Shown piece by piece: positions 9,261 through 17,827 of a stretch of 64,000 nt of DNA. The first letter of the stretch is position 1, and each line of letters starts with the position of its first letter. Both the position numbers and the translations under genes were made by a program. The notes beneath the pieces are model-generated. The model did no database searches, was not told the origin of the DNA, and worked only from the letters and a program-made list of their open reading frames with translations. This DNA comes from Patescibacteria group bacterium (lineage in GTDB: Bacteria > Patescibacteriota > Minisyncoccia > Phycocordibacterales > DATDWN01), in contig JAZKJH010000002.1 in assembly GCA_040384485.1 (NCBI GenBank), positions 22,235 through 86,234 on the forward strand, given 5' to 3'.

Positions 9261-9386
9261 TTAGGGTTTTAAGTTAATGATTTTAAAAACCGGGCTAGCC
9301 GGCAATTTGACCATAATTAAAGCAAAATTTTGACTTTAAGTCAATGTGAATAGTTTTCTGTCTTTAAAACTGATAATATAGTATTC

Positions 9387-9986
9387 ATGCCTTCAATCGA
9401 TGAAATACTCTTTGTTCTGGAACAGTACAAATACTGGGTTATTTTTCCCGCGGTGATAATAGACGGCCCGATTATTACAGTTCTTTCTGGATTTCTGGTT
9501 CATATGGGAGTTTTGGGGGGGTTGGTAACATATGTAATCCTGGTAGTAGGTGATGTTATTGGGGATACAAAGTACTTCCTTATAGGTAAGTACTCACGTA
9601 AATTCTCTTGGGCAAAAAAGGCAACTACTTTTCTGGGATACACCGAGGAGAGAGAAAAAAGCTTGCAGAAACATTTTCAAACCCACGCTTACAAGACTTT
9701 TTTTATGGCCAAACTTTCGCAAGGTCTTGGTGGGGGAGTTTATGTGGTTGCTGGTATGACCGGGTTCAATTTTAGAAAATTTATTTGGATAAGTTTCTTA
9801 GGGACCTTGCCTAAGACATTTATATTTATGGTTATTGGGTACTACATGGGTAATTCATATGTAAAAATAAGTGAGTACATGAACTCAATAGCTACCGCCA
9901 GTATCCTAGTAGTATTCTTTTTGGTTCTTTATTTTACCTTCAAAAAGCACATAAAGAATTTCTTAAACAAAAGAGATAGTTTTTAA
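9387..9986 (+). CDS. DedA/VTT-family membrane protein
   Basis: Multi-TM protein with the DedA-like G(x)nF/Y...GK..R pattern. Confidence 0.6.
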   Translation: MPSIDEILFVLEQYKYWVIFPAVIIDGPIITVLSGFLVHMGVLGGLVTYVILVVGDVIGDTKYFLIGKYSRKFSWAKKATTFLGYTEEREKSLQKHFQTHAYKTFFMAKLSQGLGGGVYVVAGMTGFNFRKFIWISFLGTLPKTFIFMVIGYYMGNSYVKISEYMNSIATASILVVFFLVLYFTFKKHIKNFLNKRDSF

Positions 9987-10013
9987 TTTTTTACTTTTTG
10001 ATACAATATATAC

Positions 10014-10259
10014 ATGATAAACACTAGTCCTATACTTCCGGCGAGTATAAATTTTAATTTATTTTCATTTGTGGAGGGGAATGTGCTCGGTATTATTTTG
10101 GTCCTATTTTTTTTATTTTACTGTGCGGTGAGTGTGGCATTGTTTTATCACTGGGTAAAATACGGCATGTCAGCAGGAATATACCTAGCTGAGGCGGTAT
10201 TTTTGGCTGGTTCAGTCTTGTTATTTACAGTATCCCTATTATCACTTAACTACTACTAG
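10014..10259 (+). CDS. Small two-TM membrane protein; its stop overlaps the next gene's start
   Basis: Hydrophobic 81-aa ORF. TAG at 10257 overlaps the ATG at 10261. Confidence 0.35.
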   Translation: MINTSPILPASINFNLFSFVEGNVLGIILVLFFLFYCAVSVALFYHWVKYGMSAGIYLAEAVFLAGSVLLFTVSLLSLNYY

Positions 10260-10260
10260 C

Positions 10261-10812
10261 ATGTTATATCACGCACTGAATCTAGAAAAAGATGAACATG
10301 TTATCCAAGAAGTCAGAAAGCACTGGATAGTTTTTGTGGGTCAAGGATTCGTTACAGGTTTTTTGGGTCTGTTTCCTGTTTTTTTGAAAGGGATTGTTGA
10401 TGTATTTATGCCAGGTATTTTAGACGTGCCTGTTCCTGGTAACGTAAATGCTTTATTGTTGTTTTTGTACTCTATTTGGCTTTTGTTCTTATGGTTGTGG
10501 TTCTTTATCGACTGGACCAAGTACTATCTAGATGTTTGGTATGTTACGGAAAAGCGCATCATTATCGTTAATCAGAAAAAAATTTTTGATAGAGAAGTTT
10601 CAAACCTGCGCTTCGACAAAATACAAGATATAACTTTGGATGTTCATGGTTTTTTGTCCACGCTTTTAAATTTTGGAACCATTCGAGTTCAAACAGCGAG
10701 TGAAGATAGTAAAAGCTTTCAAATCAGCGCAGTTAGATATCCAGAAAAAATTCGAAAGGTTATTTTCAGCCAACAAAATAAAAACAGTCACAACTACACT
10801 AGCAGTGCATAA
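10261..10812 (+). CDS. Membrane protein with a bacterial PH (bPH2/YdbS-like) domain
   Basis: Two N-terminal TM helices, then a ...YYLDVWYVTEKRIIIV... bPH-like segment. Confidence 0.5.
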   Translation: MLYHALNLEKDEHVIQEVRKHWIVFVGQGFVTGFLGLFPVFLKGIVDVFMPGILDVPVPGNVNALLLFLYSIWLLFLWLWFFIDWTKYYLDVWYVTEKRIIIVNQKKIFDREVSNLRFDKIQDITLDVHGFLSTLLNFGTIRVQTASEDSKSFQISAVRYPEKIRKVIFSQQNKNSHNYTSSA

Positions 10813-10882
10813 CTTTATTGTGAGTGAACGCGGTGAGGTAGTATAATATATACTGTTCTTATTAATAGCATAATTTTAAATT

Positions 10883-11101
10883 ATGAAGTCATTACATATG
10901 GTAACCTTTATCCTTCTAGTTGTAGGAGGACTAAATTGGTTGTTAGTAGCATTTGGATACAACTTGGTAGATGGCATTTTTGGAGTTGATTCATCAATCT
11001 CTATGATTGTTTACATACTAGTTGGACTATCTGCTTTACATCAAGTTTTGACACACAAGAAAGGTTGCAAAGAATGTGCCCCATCTGGGTCTTCAATGTA
11101 A
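10883..11101 (+). CDS. DUF378-family small membrane protein
   Basis: ...VVGGLNWLLVAFGYNLVDGIFG... DUF378 signature. Confidence 0.55.
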   Translation: MKSLHMVTFILLVVGGLNWLLVAFGYNLVDGIFGVDSSISMIVYILVGLSALHQVLTHKKGCKECAPSGSSM

Positions 11102-11120
11102 GTTTTCTACTTAAGAAACA

Positions 11121-11147
11121 AAAAACCGCCCAGGCGGTTTTTTGTTT
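11121..11147 (+). terminator. Intrinsic terminator accgcc-cag-gcggt followed by T6
   Basis: Hairpin and T-run directly after the stop at 11101. Confidence 0.6.
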
Positions 11148-11160
11148 TGAGTAAATAAAA

Positions 11161-11195
11161 AATCGCACAGAGACCAGTTGGTTTCTGTGCGATTG
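11161..11195 (-). terminator. Long hairpin (15-bp stem, aatcgcacagagacc/ggtttctgtgcgatt) acting as a minus-strand terminator for the GC-rich gene 11201..12400
   Basis: On the minus strand the hairpin is followed by TTTTTTATTT. Confidence 0.55.
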
Positions 11196-11200
11196 GGCTT

Positions 11201-12400
11201 TTATCCTGCAAACGGTCGGCATACCCGGCGTTTGAGGTTGTGCCATCGGAGCTCAAGAGTCTGGTGGTTTTTCGGGAGACTCTTGTAAGCGAATGCACTT
11301 TTATTTCTTTCGGTTGAACAGGCAAGAAATCTTACAGATTCTTCAAGTTCAGCTTTTCTTCGTATTTTGGCGAGTTCCACGTTTTTCCATTGTCGCTCTT
11401 TGATTTTTGGTTCGAGCTTTGTAAAGGTGTATAGTCCACCGATACCAAGAACAACGAGGACTGCAGCCCACAACACAAGAGTGTAAATTGACTTGAACTC
11501 TCGCACAATGAAGTACCAGATTCTTTCAAGTCCAACTCCTGTGTAGGAAACCAGCAGGAAATGCGTAGTCGCTAAAAGTATTCCGAAGAGAGGCGACACT
11601 AGCAGTCTGTATGACTTGTTGTTGCCTTGGGTGTCTTCAACGCACCAGTAAGAGGGGCGGGGTTTGCTTCCACTGATCCACACTTCGTCTGCGACATCAA
11701 GCTCATGTTGCCATATAGCTTTGAAGTTCAAACCTCTTGCACATAATGAGGCTAGGCAGACAAACTTGATAGTCCTGAATACTCCAATAAGGAGTGAGGT
11801 TGCTGCAACCAACATGAGTGCTGGCAGGGCAAGTACTGCTCTCTTGCGGAAGTGACAGTCATCCCGAGTCTTTCCTTCAAAACGATTGTTGATGAGCTCG
11901 GTGATCCATTTCGGCCTCTCTTTTGCGAAATGACGACTGTCCACAGTGATTTCAGTAACTGCGTCTGGACCAGCCTCAACAGGCTGAAATTGTCTCTCTA
12001 TGTGGCCTTCAGTAAACCTGATACTGCCGTTGGAAACGAGTTTGAGATAATAGTCGAATTGACTATATTTCTCTGTGAGGTTTTTGAAAAACTTCTCTGG
12101 CTCGTAGTCATCTCTTTCTTCTTTTTTTACCACCGCAACACTCGCCAAAACTTTGTGAGTGCCCGGAAAACGGAAGGTGAGGGGCATAACACCATCACTC
12201 AGGTTTCTGAGGAAGCGTTCTTCTTTGCCGTTATCGTAAACGACACAGATAATTACCTTTGCAAATTCATCCCCAATTAGTCTCTCTGCTGTCCTTTTTG
12301 ATAAGCACCAGCGAACAAAGATTGTGGGGTTTTCGGGTCTAGTACTTTCAACTAGTAATTTGATCACGAGTCCTCTTCTCTTGTTTGGCGTAATTGCCAA
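11201..12400 (-). CDS. Hypothetical protein with a cytoplasmic N-terminal domain and C-terminal TM helices, encoded in a higher-GC island
   Basis: 399-aa ORF with GC-shifted composition and several hydrophobic helices in the middle and C-terminal parts. Confidence 0.4.
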   Translation of the reverse strand: MAITPNKRRGLVIKLLVESTRPENPTIFVRWCLSKRTAERLIGDEFAKVIICVVYDNGKEERFLRNLSDGVMPLTFRFPGTHKVLASVAVVKKEERDDYEPEKFFKNLTEKYSQFDYYLKLVSNGSIRFTEGHIERQFQPVEAGPDAVTEITVDSRHFAKERPKWITELINNRFEGKTRDDCHFRKRAVLALPALMLVAATSLLIGVFRTIKFVCLASLCARGLNFKAIWQHELDVADEVWISGSKPRPSYWCVEDTQGNNKSYRLLVSPLFGILLATTHFLLVSYTGVGLERIWYFIVREFKSIYTLVLWAAVLVVLGIGGLYTFTKLEPKIKERQWKNVELAKIRRKAELEESVRFLACSTERNKSAFAYKSLPKNHQTLELRWHNLKRRVCRPFAG

Positions 12401-12492
12401 CGAACGAAATTCTGCTCAAAACAATATAGTATTTATTATCTTTGTCAAATAAAAACTACCCAGTTGTCGCAGTGACAAAAGGGTAGTTATTA

Positions 12493-12714
12493 CTAAACAT
12501 CGAGGTACATCTCGTCTGCAGTCGGGATGTGCCGCACTGGTGGGAATGCCTTGCTCCAGCAGGTTGGGCAACGTTGCCCACTGCATTCAATGTACAACCC
12601 CATACGACGCGGGTGATCTATGTGTAAGTTCCATGGAAACCCCATATCGACTCCACACCCTTTGCACGTTTCGTTCTCAACTGTCGACGCTTTTTGCTCC
12701 AACTGTTGTTCCAT
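12493..12714 (-). CDS. Small zinc-ribbon-like protein (CxxC...CxxC), GC-rich
   Basis: CKGCGV...CSGQRCPTCW. Separated from the downstream gene by a strong hairpin at 12455-12490. Confidence 0.35.
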   Translation of the reverse strand: MEQQLEQKASTVENETCKGCGVDMGFPWNLHIDHPRRMGLYIECSGQRCPTCWSKAFPPVRHIPTADEMYLDV

Positions 12715-12835
12715 AGTATCTCCTTGGAGAGTTTACGAACGGATACAGAAAACGATATCTAGGTATAATTCAATATTAAATGAGCATTTGTGTCAAGTAA
12801 GCAGTCTGGTAGATTGGTTGTATCCAACAACTAGC

Positions 12836-13192
12836 TTATTTCTTAGCAGGTTTTCTTTTCGGAGTTACTTTTTTACCACTTAGAACTTTCCAGTGCTTTT
12901 TTAGATCAGTAGCTAGGTCAGCTATTTCTTCATTGGTAGCTTTCTTTGCTTTTTCGTATTTTGAAGCAATCTCGTCTATCACTTGTGTATATTTTACTTC
13001 GTTCATGTCTTTAGCCATCTCAAGTTTTTCAATAACATCTGCTTTCATTTTTATGGCCCAGGCTTTAGCATACTTCTGGTGCTTTTTTCCTTTCGGTCCT
13101 AGGAAAAAGTAAGCTGTTGCAGCTATTCCCGCGATTCCTAGTCCAACTAATGCTGTTTTTACTCCGTCATCGTTTTTTGTTGCTTTTTTCAT
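12836..13192 (-). CDS. YtxH/DUF948-like membrane-anchored coiled-coil (general stress-type) protein
   Basis: N-terminal TM (ALVGLGIAGIAATAYFFLGPKGKK) followed by a charged helical region. Confidence 0.4.
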   Translation of the reverse strand: MKKATKNDDGVKTALVGLGIAGIAATAYFFLGPKGKKHQKYAKAWAIKMKADVIEKLEMAKDMNEVKYTQVIDEIASKYEKAKKATNEEIADLATDLKKHWKVLSGKKVTPKRKPAKK

Positions 13193-13206
13193 TTTATGTA
13201 TTTTAT

Positions 13207-13470
13207 TTAATTATCTTTTTTAATTTTTCTTTTAGTACTGCTCTTTGGGAATAGAAACCGAAACAAAATGTTTCTTTCAAACCTATCAACCAAATCAGTT
13301 ACGAACTCCTCGGATTCGTTATAACTATTCTTTAATAAATTCGACAATTCGCGCAAATTTCTAGCTGCTTTTATTAAGTAGAAAAACAGAATTGATAAAA
13401 GGATTGTGAGTATAACTGTTGCTGTCGAAGATATAAAAAAGAATATGTCTGCTTTTATAAGTGAATCCAT
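13207..13470 (-). CDS. Small membrane-anchored protein (DUF948-like)
   Basis: N-terminal TM followed by a charged helical tail. Confidence 0.3.
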   Translation of the reverse strand: MDSLIKADIFFFISSTATVILTILLSILFFYLIKAARNLRELSNLLKNSYNESEEFVTDLVDRFERNILFRFLFPKSSTKRKIKKDN

Positions 13471-13479
13471 GTTTTAATG

Positions 13480-13833
13480 TTATTCTTGGTTTTCTAATTT
13501 AACTGCTGCTTCCGGAGTAGATACAGTTTTACTCATTAGGAAGATTTTTATAATACCGATGGCTATTACCCAATATACAAACATAGCCAATAATGTTGTC
13601 CACTCAAATATACTACCAGAAACTCGTGAAGTTTTAAATACGGATATGAAAGGGTATACGAAAGGGTGTGAGACGGTGTAGATAATATCAGTAAATGCTG
13701 CTCCGGTGTTGGCTCCCAATAATTTCATTGCAAAACGGAAGGCTAGAAGTACCTCAATAAAACCCAAGATATACCATGTTATTTGTGTTCCTCGAAAAAG
13801 CGGTTTTGTAGAAGGTGAGCTATAAGAATCCAT
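13480..13833 (-). CDS. YggT-family-like small membrane protein (start taken at MDSYSS; the ORF track extends to 13890)
   Basis: Two TM segments with a T.P...P motif between them. Confidence 0.35.
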   Translation of the reverse strand: MDSYSSPSTKPLFRGTQITWYILGFIEVLLAFRFAMKLLGANTGAAFTDIIYTVSHPFVYPFISVFKTSRVSGSIFEWTTLLAMFVYWVIAIGIIKIFLMSKTVSTPEAAVKLENQE

Positions 13834-13973
13834 ATGTTTATTATTTAATGTTAATTTAATAATTATGTTCCTATTTTGTGTGATAGTCAATGCTATAGCT
13901 CTTAGGCTGTGAATAAGGTTGTTAACGTTAAGTTAATGGAGACTTTACTATTTTTTGGATATATAGTATAAAT

Positions 13974-14651
13974 ATGGATATGACAATTTTAATAATCGAG
14001 GATGAAAAGAAGCTGGTAGATATACTGAAAAAAGCGCTTAAAAGCGAGCGGTATTCTGTCGACACTGCGCTCGATGGACAGGAGGGACTAAGTAAGGCAA
14101 AAAAGAATAAATATGAATTAATCATACTGGATCTTATGTTACCTAAAAAGGATGGGATTGAAATTTGTAAAGAACTTAGAGCCGGCAATATCCATACTCC
14201 TATTATTATGCTAACAGCGATGGGCACAGTGGATGACAGAGTAAAAGGTTTGAATATCGGAGCTGATGATTACCTAGTAAAGCCTTTTGGTATCAATGAA
14301 CTATTCGCGAGAATACGTGCAGTTCTGCGAAGAAGAAAAACAACAGATTCAGATGTCTGGAAAGTAGGGGATTTGGTAATGGACAAAGTAAGACATGAGG
14401 TAACTCGAGCTGGAAAACTAGTTGAGCTTACACCAAAAGAGTATAAAATTTTAAACACCCTAATAACACATACTGGAGAAGCGATAAGTCGAGAACAACT
14501 AATAAATGATGTATGGGGTCCGGCATTCAAAGAGTCCAACAACGAGCTCAACGTGCATGTACGATATCTAAGAAAGAAAATAGAAAAGAAAGGTGCAAAA
14601 CCTCTAGTTCACACCGTTCGAGGAGTCGGCTTTATGATCAAGGATAAGTAG
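13974..14651 (+). CDS. OmpR-family two-component response regulator
   Basis: Receiver domain (ILIIEDE...DLMLP...K) followed by a winged-helix trans_reg_C domain. Confidence 0.85.
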   Translation: MDMTILIIEDEKKLVDILKKALKSERYSVDTALDGQEGLSKAKKNKYELIILDLMLPKKDGIEICKELRAGNIHTPIIMLTAMGTVDDRVKGLNIGADDYLVKPFGINELFARIRAVLRRRKTTDSDVWKVGDLVMDKVRHEVTRAGKLVELTPKEYKILNTLITHTGEAISREQLINDVWGPAFKESNNELNVHVRYLRKKIEKKGAKPLVHTVRGVGFMIKDK

Positions 14652-14704
14652 CTCTTTCCTTATCTACCATTATGTGGTATAGATGTAGTTAGATAGGGGG
14701 AGTG

Positions 14705-15550
14705 ATGACAAAACAAGTAGCCGGCCTTAAGCAAAAACTAGAGGTCAGTCTTGGCCTCTCTCAGTTAGCTATCCAAAAAATGGAAAGCAAGTGGAATGAA
14801 ATTGTGGAGAATGATCCATACGCCTTTATCCCACATGAACTCAAAGGAAAAATGTCCACCTCGGATGCTTTTTTGGAGAACATGCGGTTTGGAAGTTTTT
14901 CATCCAGCGCCTTTGCTAAAGTGCTTCGTACTTCTAATACACTCGACAGACGACGAAGATACCTAGAAGGTAAAAAACTCGTTGCTGTTGGTGGTGGGAG
15001 GGCCTACGACGCCAATTGGATTGAGGAAGCTGTGTTGTACGGGGGCTTGGGTGTAACATGGGTGGATGTTTCGGAAAAAGCTTGTGAGTTCTTACGACGC
15101 AGTGTCGAAGAGCAGTTTGTGAGATTGGAGAGGAATAAACATATCCATTTCATAGACAGGTTACGACCAAAGGTTGTTAAAGCGGAGATCAGAACTGCAC
15201 TTTTAAACCCTAGTCTGATTGATTTACCAGATCTTACTTCTGTTGAGGTCTGGTATCTCGCAAGGACACTGGGATGTCTGTCCACCCGTTCAGCGAAAAT
15301 TGTGCTGAGGCTTATGGGTCAGTCACTTTCAAGTGAAAGCGATCCCTTCAAGGAAAACTGCATATTTATTGTAAGTGCCTTGCGGGACGACAACCCATCT
15401 AGAGTTGCTAAATCGAGTAAGCTTTATACTCTCAACACAATCAAATCCAACCTTCGACTTGGGTCAAAGCGTCAAGTTAAGGCTGAAATTATTGAGCGAC
15501 ATTCCTACTTTGGGCAGGAATACTCAGCCGTTCTGTTTAGAGCGAAGTAA
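14705..15550 (+). CDS. Hypothetical protein with intermediate GC (about 45%), inserted between the response regulator and histidine kinase genes; possible Rossmann-like G-rich motif (LVAVGGGRAYDA...VTWVDVS)
   Basis: 282-aa ORF with shifted composition, followed by a 17-bp-stem hairpin. Confidence 0.35.
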   Translation: MTKQVAGLKQKLEVSLGLSQLAIQKMESKWNEIVENDPYAFIPHELKGKMSTSDAFLENMRFGSFSSSAFAKVLRTSNTLDRRRRYLEGKKLVAVGGGRAYDANWIEEAVLYGGLGVTWVDVSEKACEFLRRSVEEQFVRLERNKHIHFIDRLRPKVVKAEIRTALLNPSLIDLPDLTSVEVWYLARTLGCLSTRSAKIVLRLMGQSLSSESDPFKENCIFIVSALRDDNPSRVAKSSKLYTLNTIKSNLRLGSKRQVKAEIIERHSYFGQEYSAVLFRAK

Positions 15551-15551
15551 A

Positions 15552-15592
15552 AATGGCGGATGAGAGCAACATTGCTCTCATCCGCCATTTAT
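15552..15592 (+). terminator. Strong hairpin (aaatggcggatgagagc / gctctcatccgccattt) with a weak T-tract
   Basis: Perfect 17-bp inverted repeat. Confidence 0.5.
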
Positions 15593-15614
15593 TGTATTGT
15601 AGTAGTATATTTAT

Positions 15615-17204
15615 ATGATTTCTGATCAAATTACTCAAATCAATCAAACAGTACTGGATTGTCTTCGTAAGCCAGATGAGGCAAGTGTAGTAAAGGCTTT
15701 TACTGAGGTAGGGTTAAAAACTCTCGGGGCAGATTATGGGTTTGTGTGGCTTAACTCACTAGACTCAAATGAGCTTGAACTAGTATATAAAACGAGTGGA
15801 CTTCCTTTTGAGCCACATAAACCAAGAGAAGGTGGAAGAAATTATACTGCCTTGGAAAGTGCAGTTCCTGACTTCGTGGACAATATCGAAGACAAACCGG
15901 ATGCTAACTATCTAGATGGGTTTATAAAAAGTTTCGTAATAATTCCTCTAACTTACAAAGAGAAAGTTTACGGCACTATGGTTCTTTGTTTTAAAAATAA
16001 AGAACTTTTTTCAAAAGAGAAGAGAACTCTCTGTGTTTTTATTGGAAATAGTGCGGCTCAAGCTATAACTATAAATCGTCTTGTTTCAAAAGAACATATC
16101 GCACGACTTGCTTCCGAGCAACAAGAAGCTTATTTTCGAGCTCTTATCGAGAACAGTTATGAGGTTATAGTTTTGATAGATCGTAACGGGACTATTCTAT
16201 ATATTAGTCCATCCGTATACAAAGTTTTTGGACATAAAGCATCCAATCTTTTGGGAGAAAAAGTAGGGGATTTTGTATACCAAAGTAATCCAGAAAAAGT
16301 GACTGGATATCTTGAAAAAATTGTAGATGCGCCAAGCGTAATACACGCCATAGAATTTCACTATACTCAAAAAGACGGTACCGTTTGTACTATGGAGTGC
16401 AACGCCTTAAATCTTTTGAATAATCCTCATGTAAAAGGGATAGTACTAAACGTTCGTGACATAACAGAGCAAAAAAAAGCAGAAATTTTAAGAGCTGCTC
16501 AAATCCAGTTAAAGGAAGAGAAACAAAAGAACCAGTTTATTGCCAATGCTGCGCACGAATTCCGAACACCACTTTCCATAATAAAAGGCAATGCTGAGTT
16601 ATCTCTCAGGGAAAAGAACGCTTCAGTAAAATCTCTAAGAAGTACCTTGCGAGCAATCAACGTAGAGGTGGATCACCTCGCTTGTTTAGTTTCTGATATG
16701 GCCCTGCTCACAAACAGAATAGACCATCTTCAAAATATGTCCAATAAGGAAAAAGTGAACCTCAGTGAGTTGATTGCTGTTTTAGTAAAGAGAGTAACAG
16801 TATTAGCTGAGGAAAGAGAGATAGGAGTCAAATTTAAAAACCTGGAAGATGTATATGTTTTAGGTGATGTGGGTTATTTGGATAAGCTTTTTATTAACCT
16901 TATAAAAAACGCAATTATATACGGTAAAAAGAAAGGGTATGTATCTATTGAGATCACTAAGGTGAAGAATCAAGTTTCTGTTAGGATTGAGGATAACGGT
17001 ATCGGAATTTCTAAAGACGATCTTCCACATATTTTTGAAAGATTCTATCGAGCAGATAAATCCCGCACAGGTAGAGAGAGTGGAACTGGACTAGGACTCG
17101 CAATAGTAAAATGGATTGTTATTGCTCACGGAGGGAACATAACAGTAGAAAGTGCTGAAGGAGAAGGTACTATTTTCCTGGTTACGCTACCTACATTAAA
17201 CTAG
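15615..17204 (+). CDS. Sensor histidine kinase with GAF and PAS sensor domains
   Basis: H-box AAHEFRTPLSIIKGNAE, and N, G1 and G2 boxes (NLIKNAIIYG, DNGIGI, GTGLGLAI). Confidence 0.85.
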   Translation: MISDQITQINQTVLDCLRKPDEASVVKAFTEVGLKTLGADYGFVWLNSLDSNELELVYKTSGLPFEPHKPREGGRNYTALESAVPDFVDNIEDKPDANYLDGFIKSFVIIPLTYKEKVYGTMVLCFKNKELFSKEKRTLCVFIGNSAAQAITINRLVSKEHIARLASEQQEAYFRALIENSYEVIVLIDRNGTILYISPSVYKVFGHKASNLLGEKVGDFVYQSNPEKVTGYLEKIVDAPSVIHAIEFHYTQKDGTVCTMECNALNLLNNPHVKGIVLNVRDITEQKKAEILRAAQIQLKEEKQKNQFIANAAHEFRTPLSIIKGNAELSLREKNASVKSLRSTLRAINVEVDHLACLVSDMALLTNRIDHLQNMSNKEKVNLSELIAVLVKRVTVLAEEREIGVKFKNLEDVYVLGDVGYLDKLFINLIKNAIIYGKKKGYVSIEITKVKNQVSVRIEDNGIGISKDDLPHIFERFYRADKSRTGRESGTGLGLAIVKWIVIAHGGNITVESAEGEGTIFLVTLPTLN

Positions 17205-17343
17205 CATTAAGTTATTCACAGTTTATAAACATATTATCCTAATTCAGGCCTGTTTTTTCGTTGACTTACTGGTTTTCTGATAATAGAATATTAATATTAG
17301 ATTAAATATCTAATACATTAGTAACTGTAATTAAAACAAATAT

Positions 17344-17604
17344 ATGTTAACCAAACTTAAAGTACTCACTAAAAAGTGGGCCAAACAAGAGGGGGGTAGA
17401 TTCCCAAAAACCAAAAATTTTAGAGCTCTAACTATGTGTAAGCAATGCTACACATTCTATTATAAAAACTCATGGCACTTTGAAATGCCTAACGAGATAG
17501 ATGGTGATAGCGAAACTCAAGTTCCAGTAAGATTTACTCAGTGTCCAGCATGCATAGAGCAAGAGCTAGCATTATACGATACAGAATCTGGGGCTTTTGC
17601 TTAG
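17344..17604 (+). CDS. Small zinc-ribbon protein (CxxC...CxxC)
   Basis: CKQCYTFYY...CPACIE. Confidence 0.35.
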   Translation: MLTKLKVLTKKWAKQEGGRFPKTKNFRALTMCKQCYTFYYKNSWHFEMPNEIDGDSETQVPVRFTQCPACIEQELALYDTESGAFA

Positions 17605-17640
17605 ATATTAGTATCCTTTATCATTTAACCTGTAAACAAC

Positions 17641-17751
17641 ATGGACTTAAGAAAAATGACCAAGTATCAATCTAACGATTTTGATCGAGCGATGGGATGG
17701 GCTACCTTTGCCTGGCTCTGCTTATTCTCTATCGTACTTGCACTAATATAA
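17641..17751 (+). CDS. Possible 36-aa single-TM micropeptide
   Basis: The ATG-initiated ORF MDLRKMTKYQSNDFDRAMGWATFAWLCLFSIVLALI is followed by a terminator. Low support. Confidence 0.2.
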   Translation: MDLRKMTKYQSNDFDRAMGWATFAWLCLFSIVLALI

Positions 17752-17778
17752 AAATGTACATTCCTAAATTTGCTAAAT

Positions 17779-17809
17779 AAAATAACAGCCCTCGAGCTGT
17801 TATTTTTTT
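17779..17809. terminator. Bidirectional intrinsic terminator aataacagc-cctcga-gctgttatt followed by T7
   Basis: Perfect 9-bp stem flanked by A/T runs. Confidence 0.65.
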
Positions 17810-17827
17810 ATCATTATTTTAAATTAC

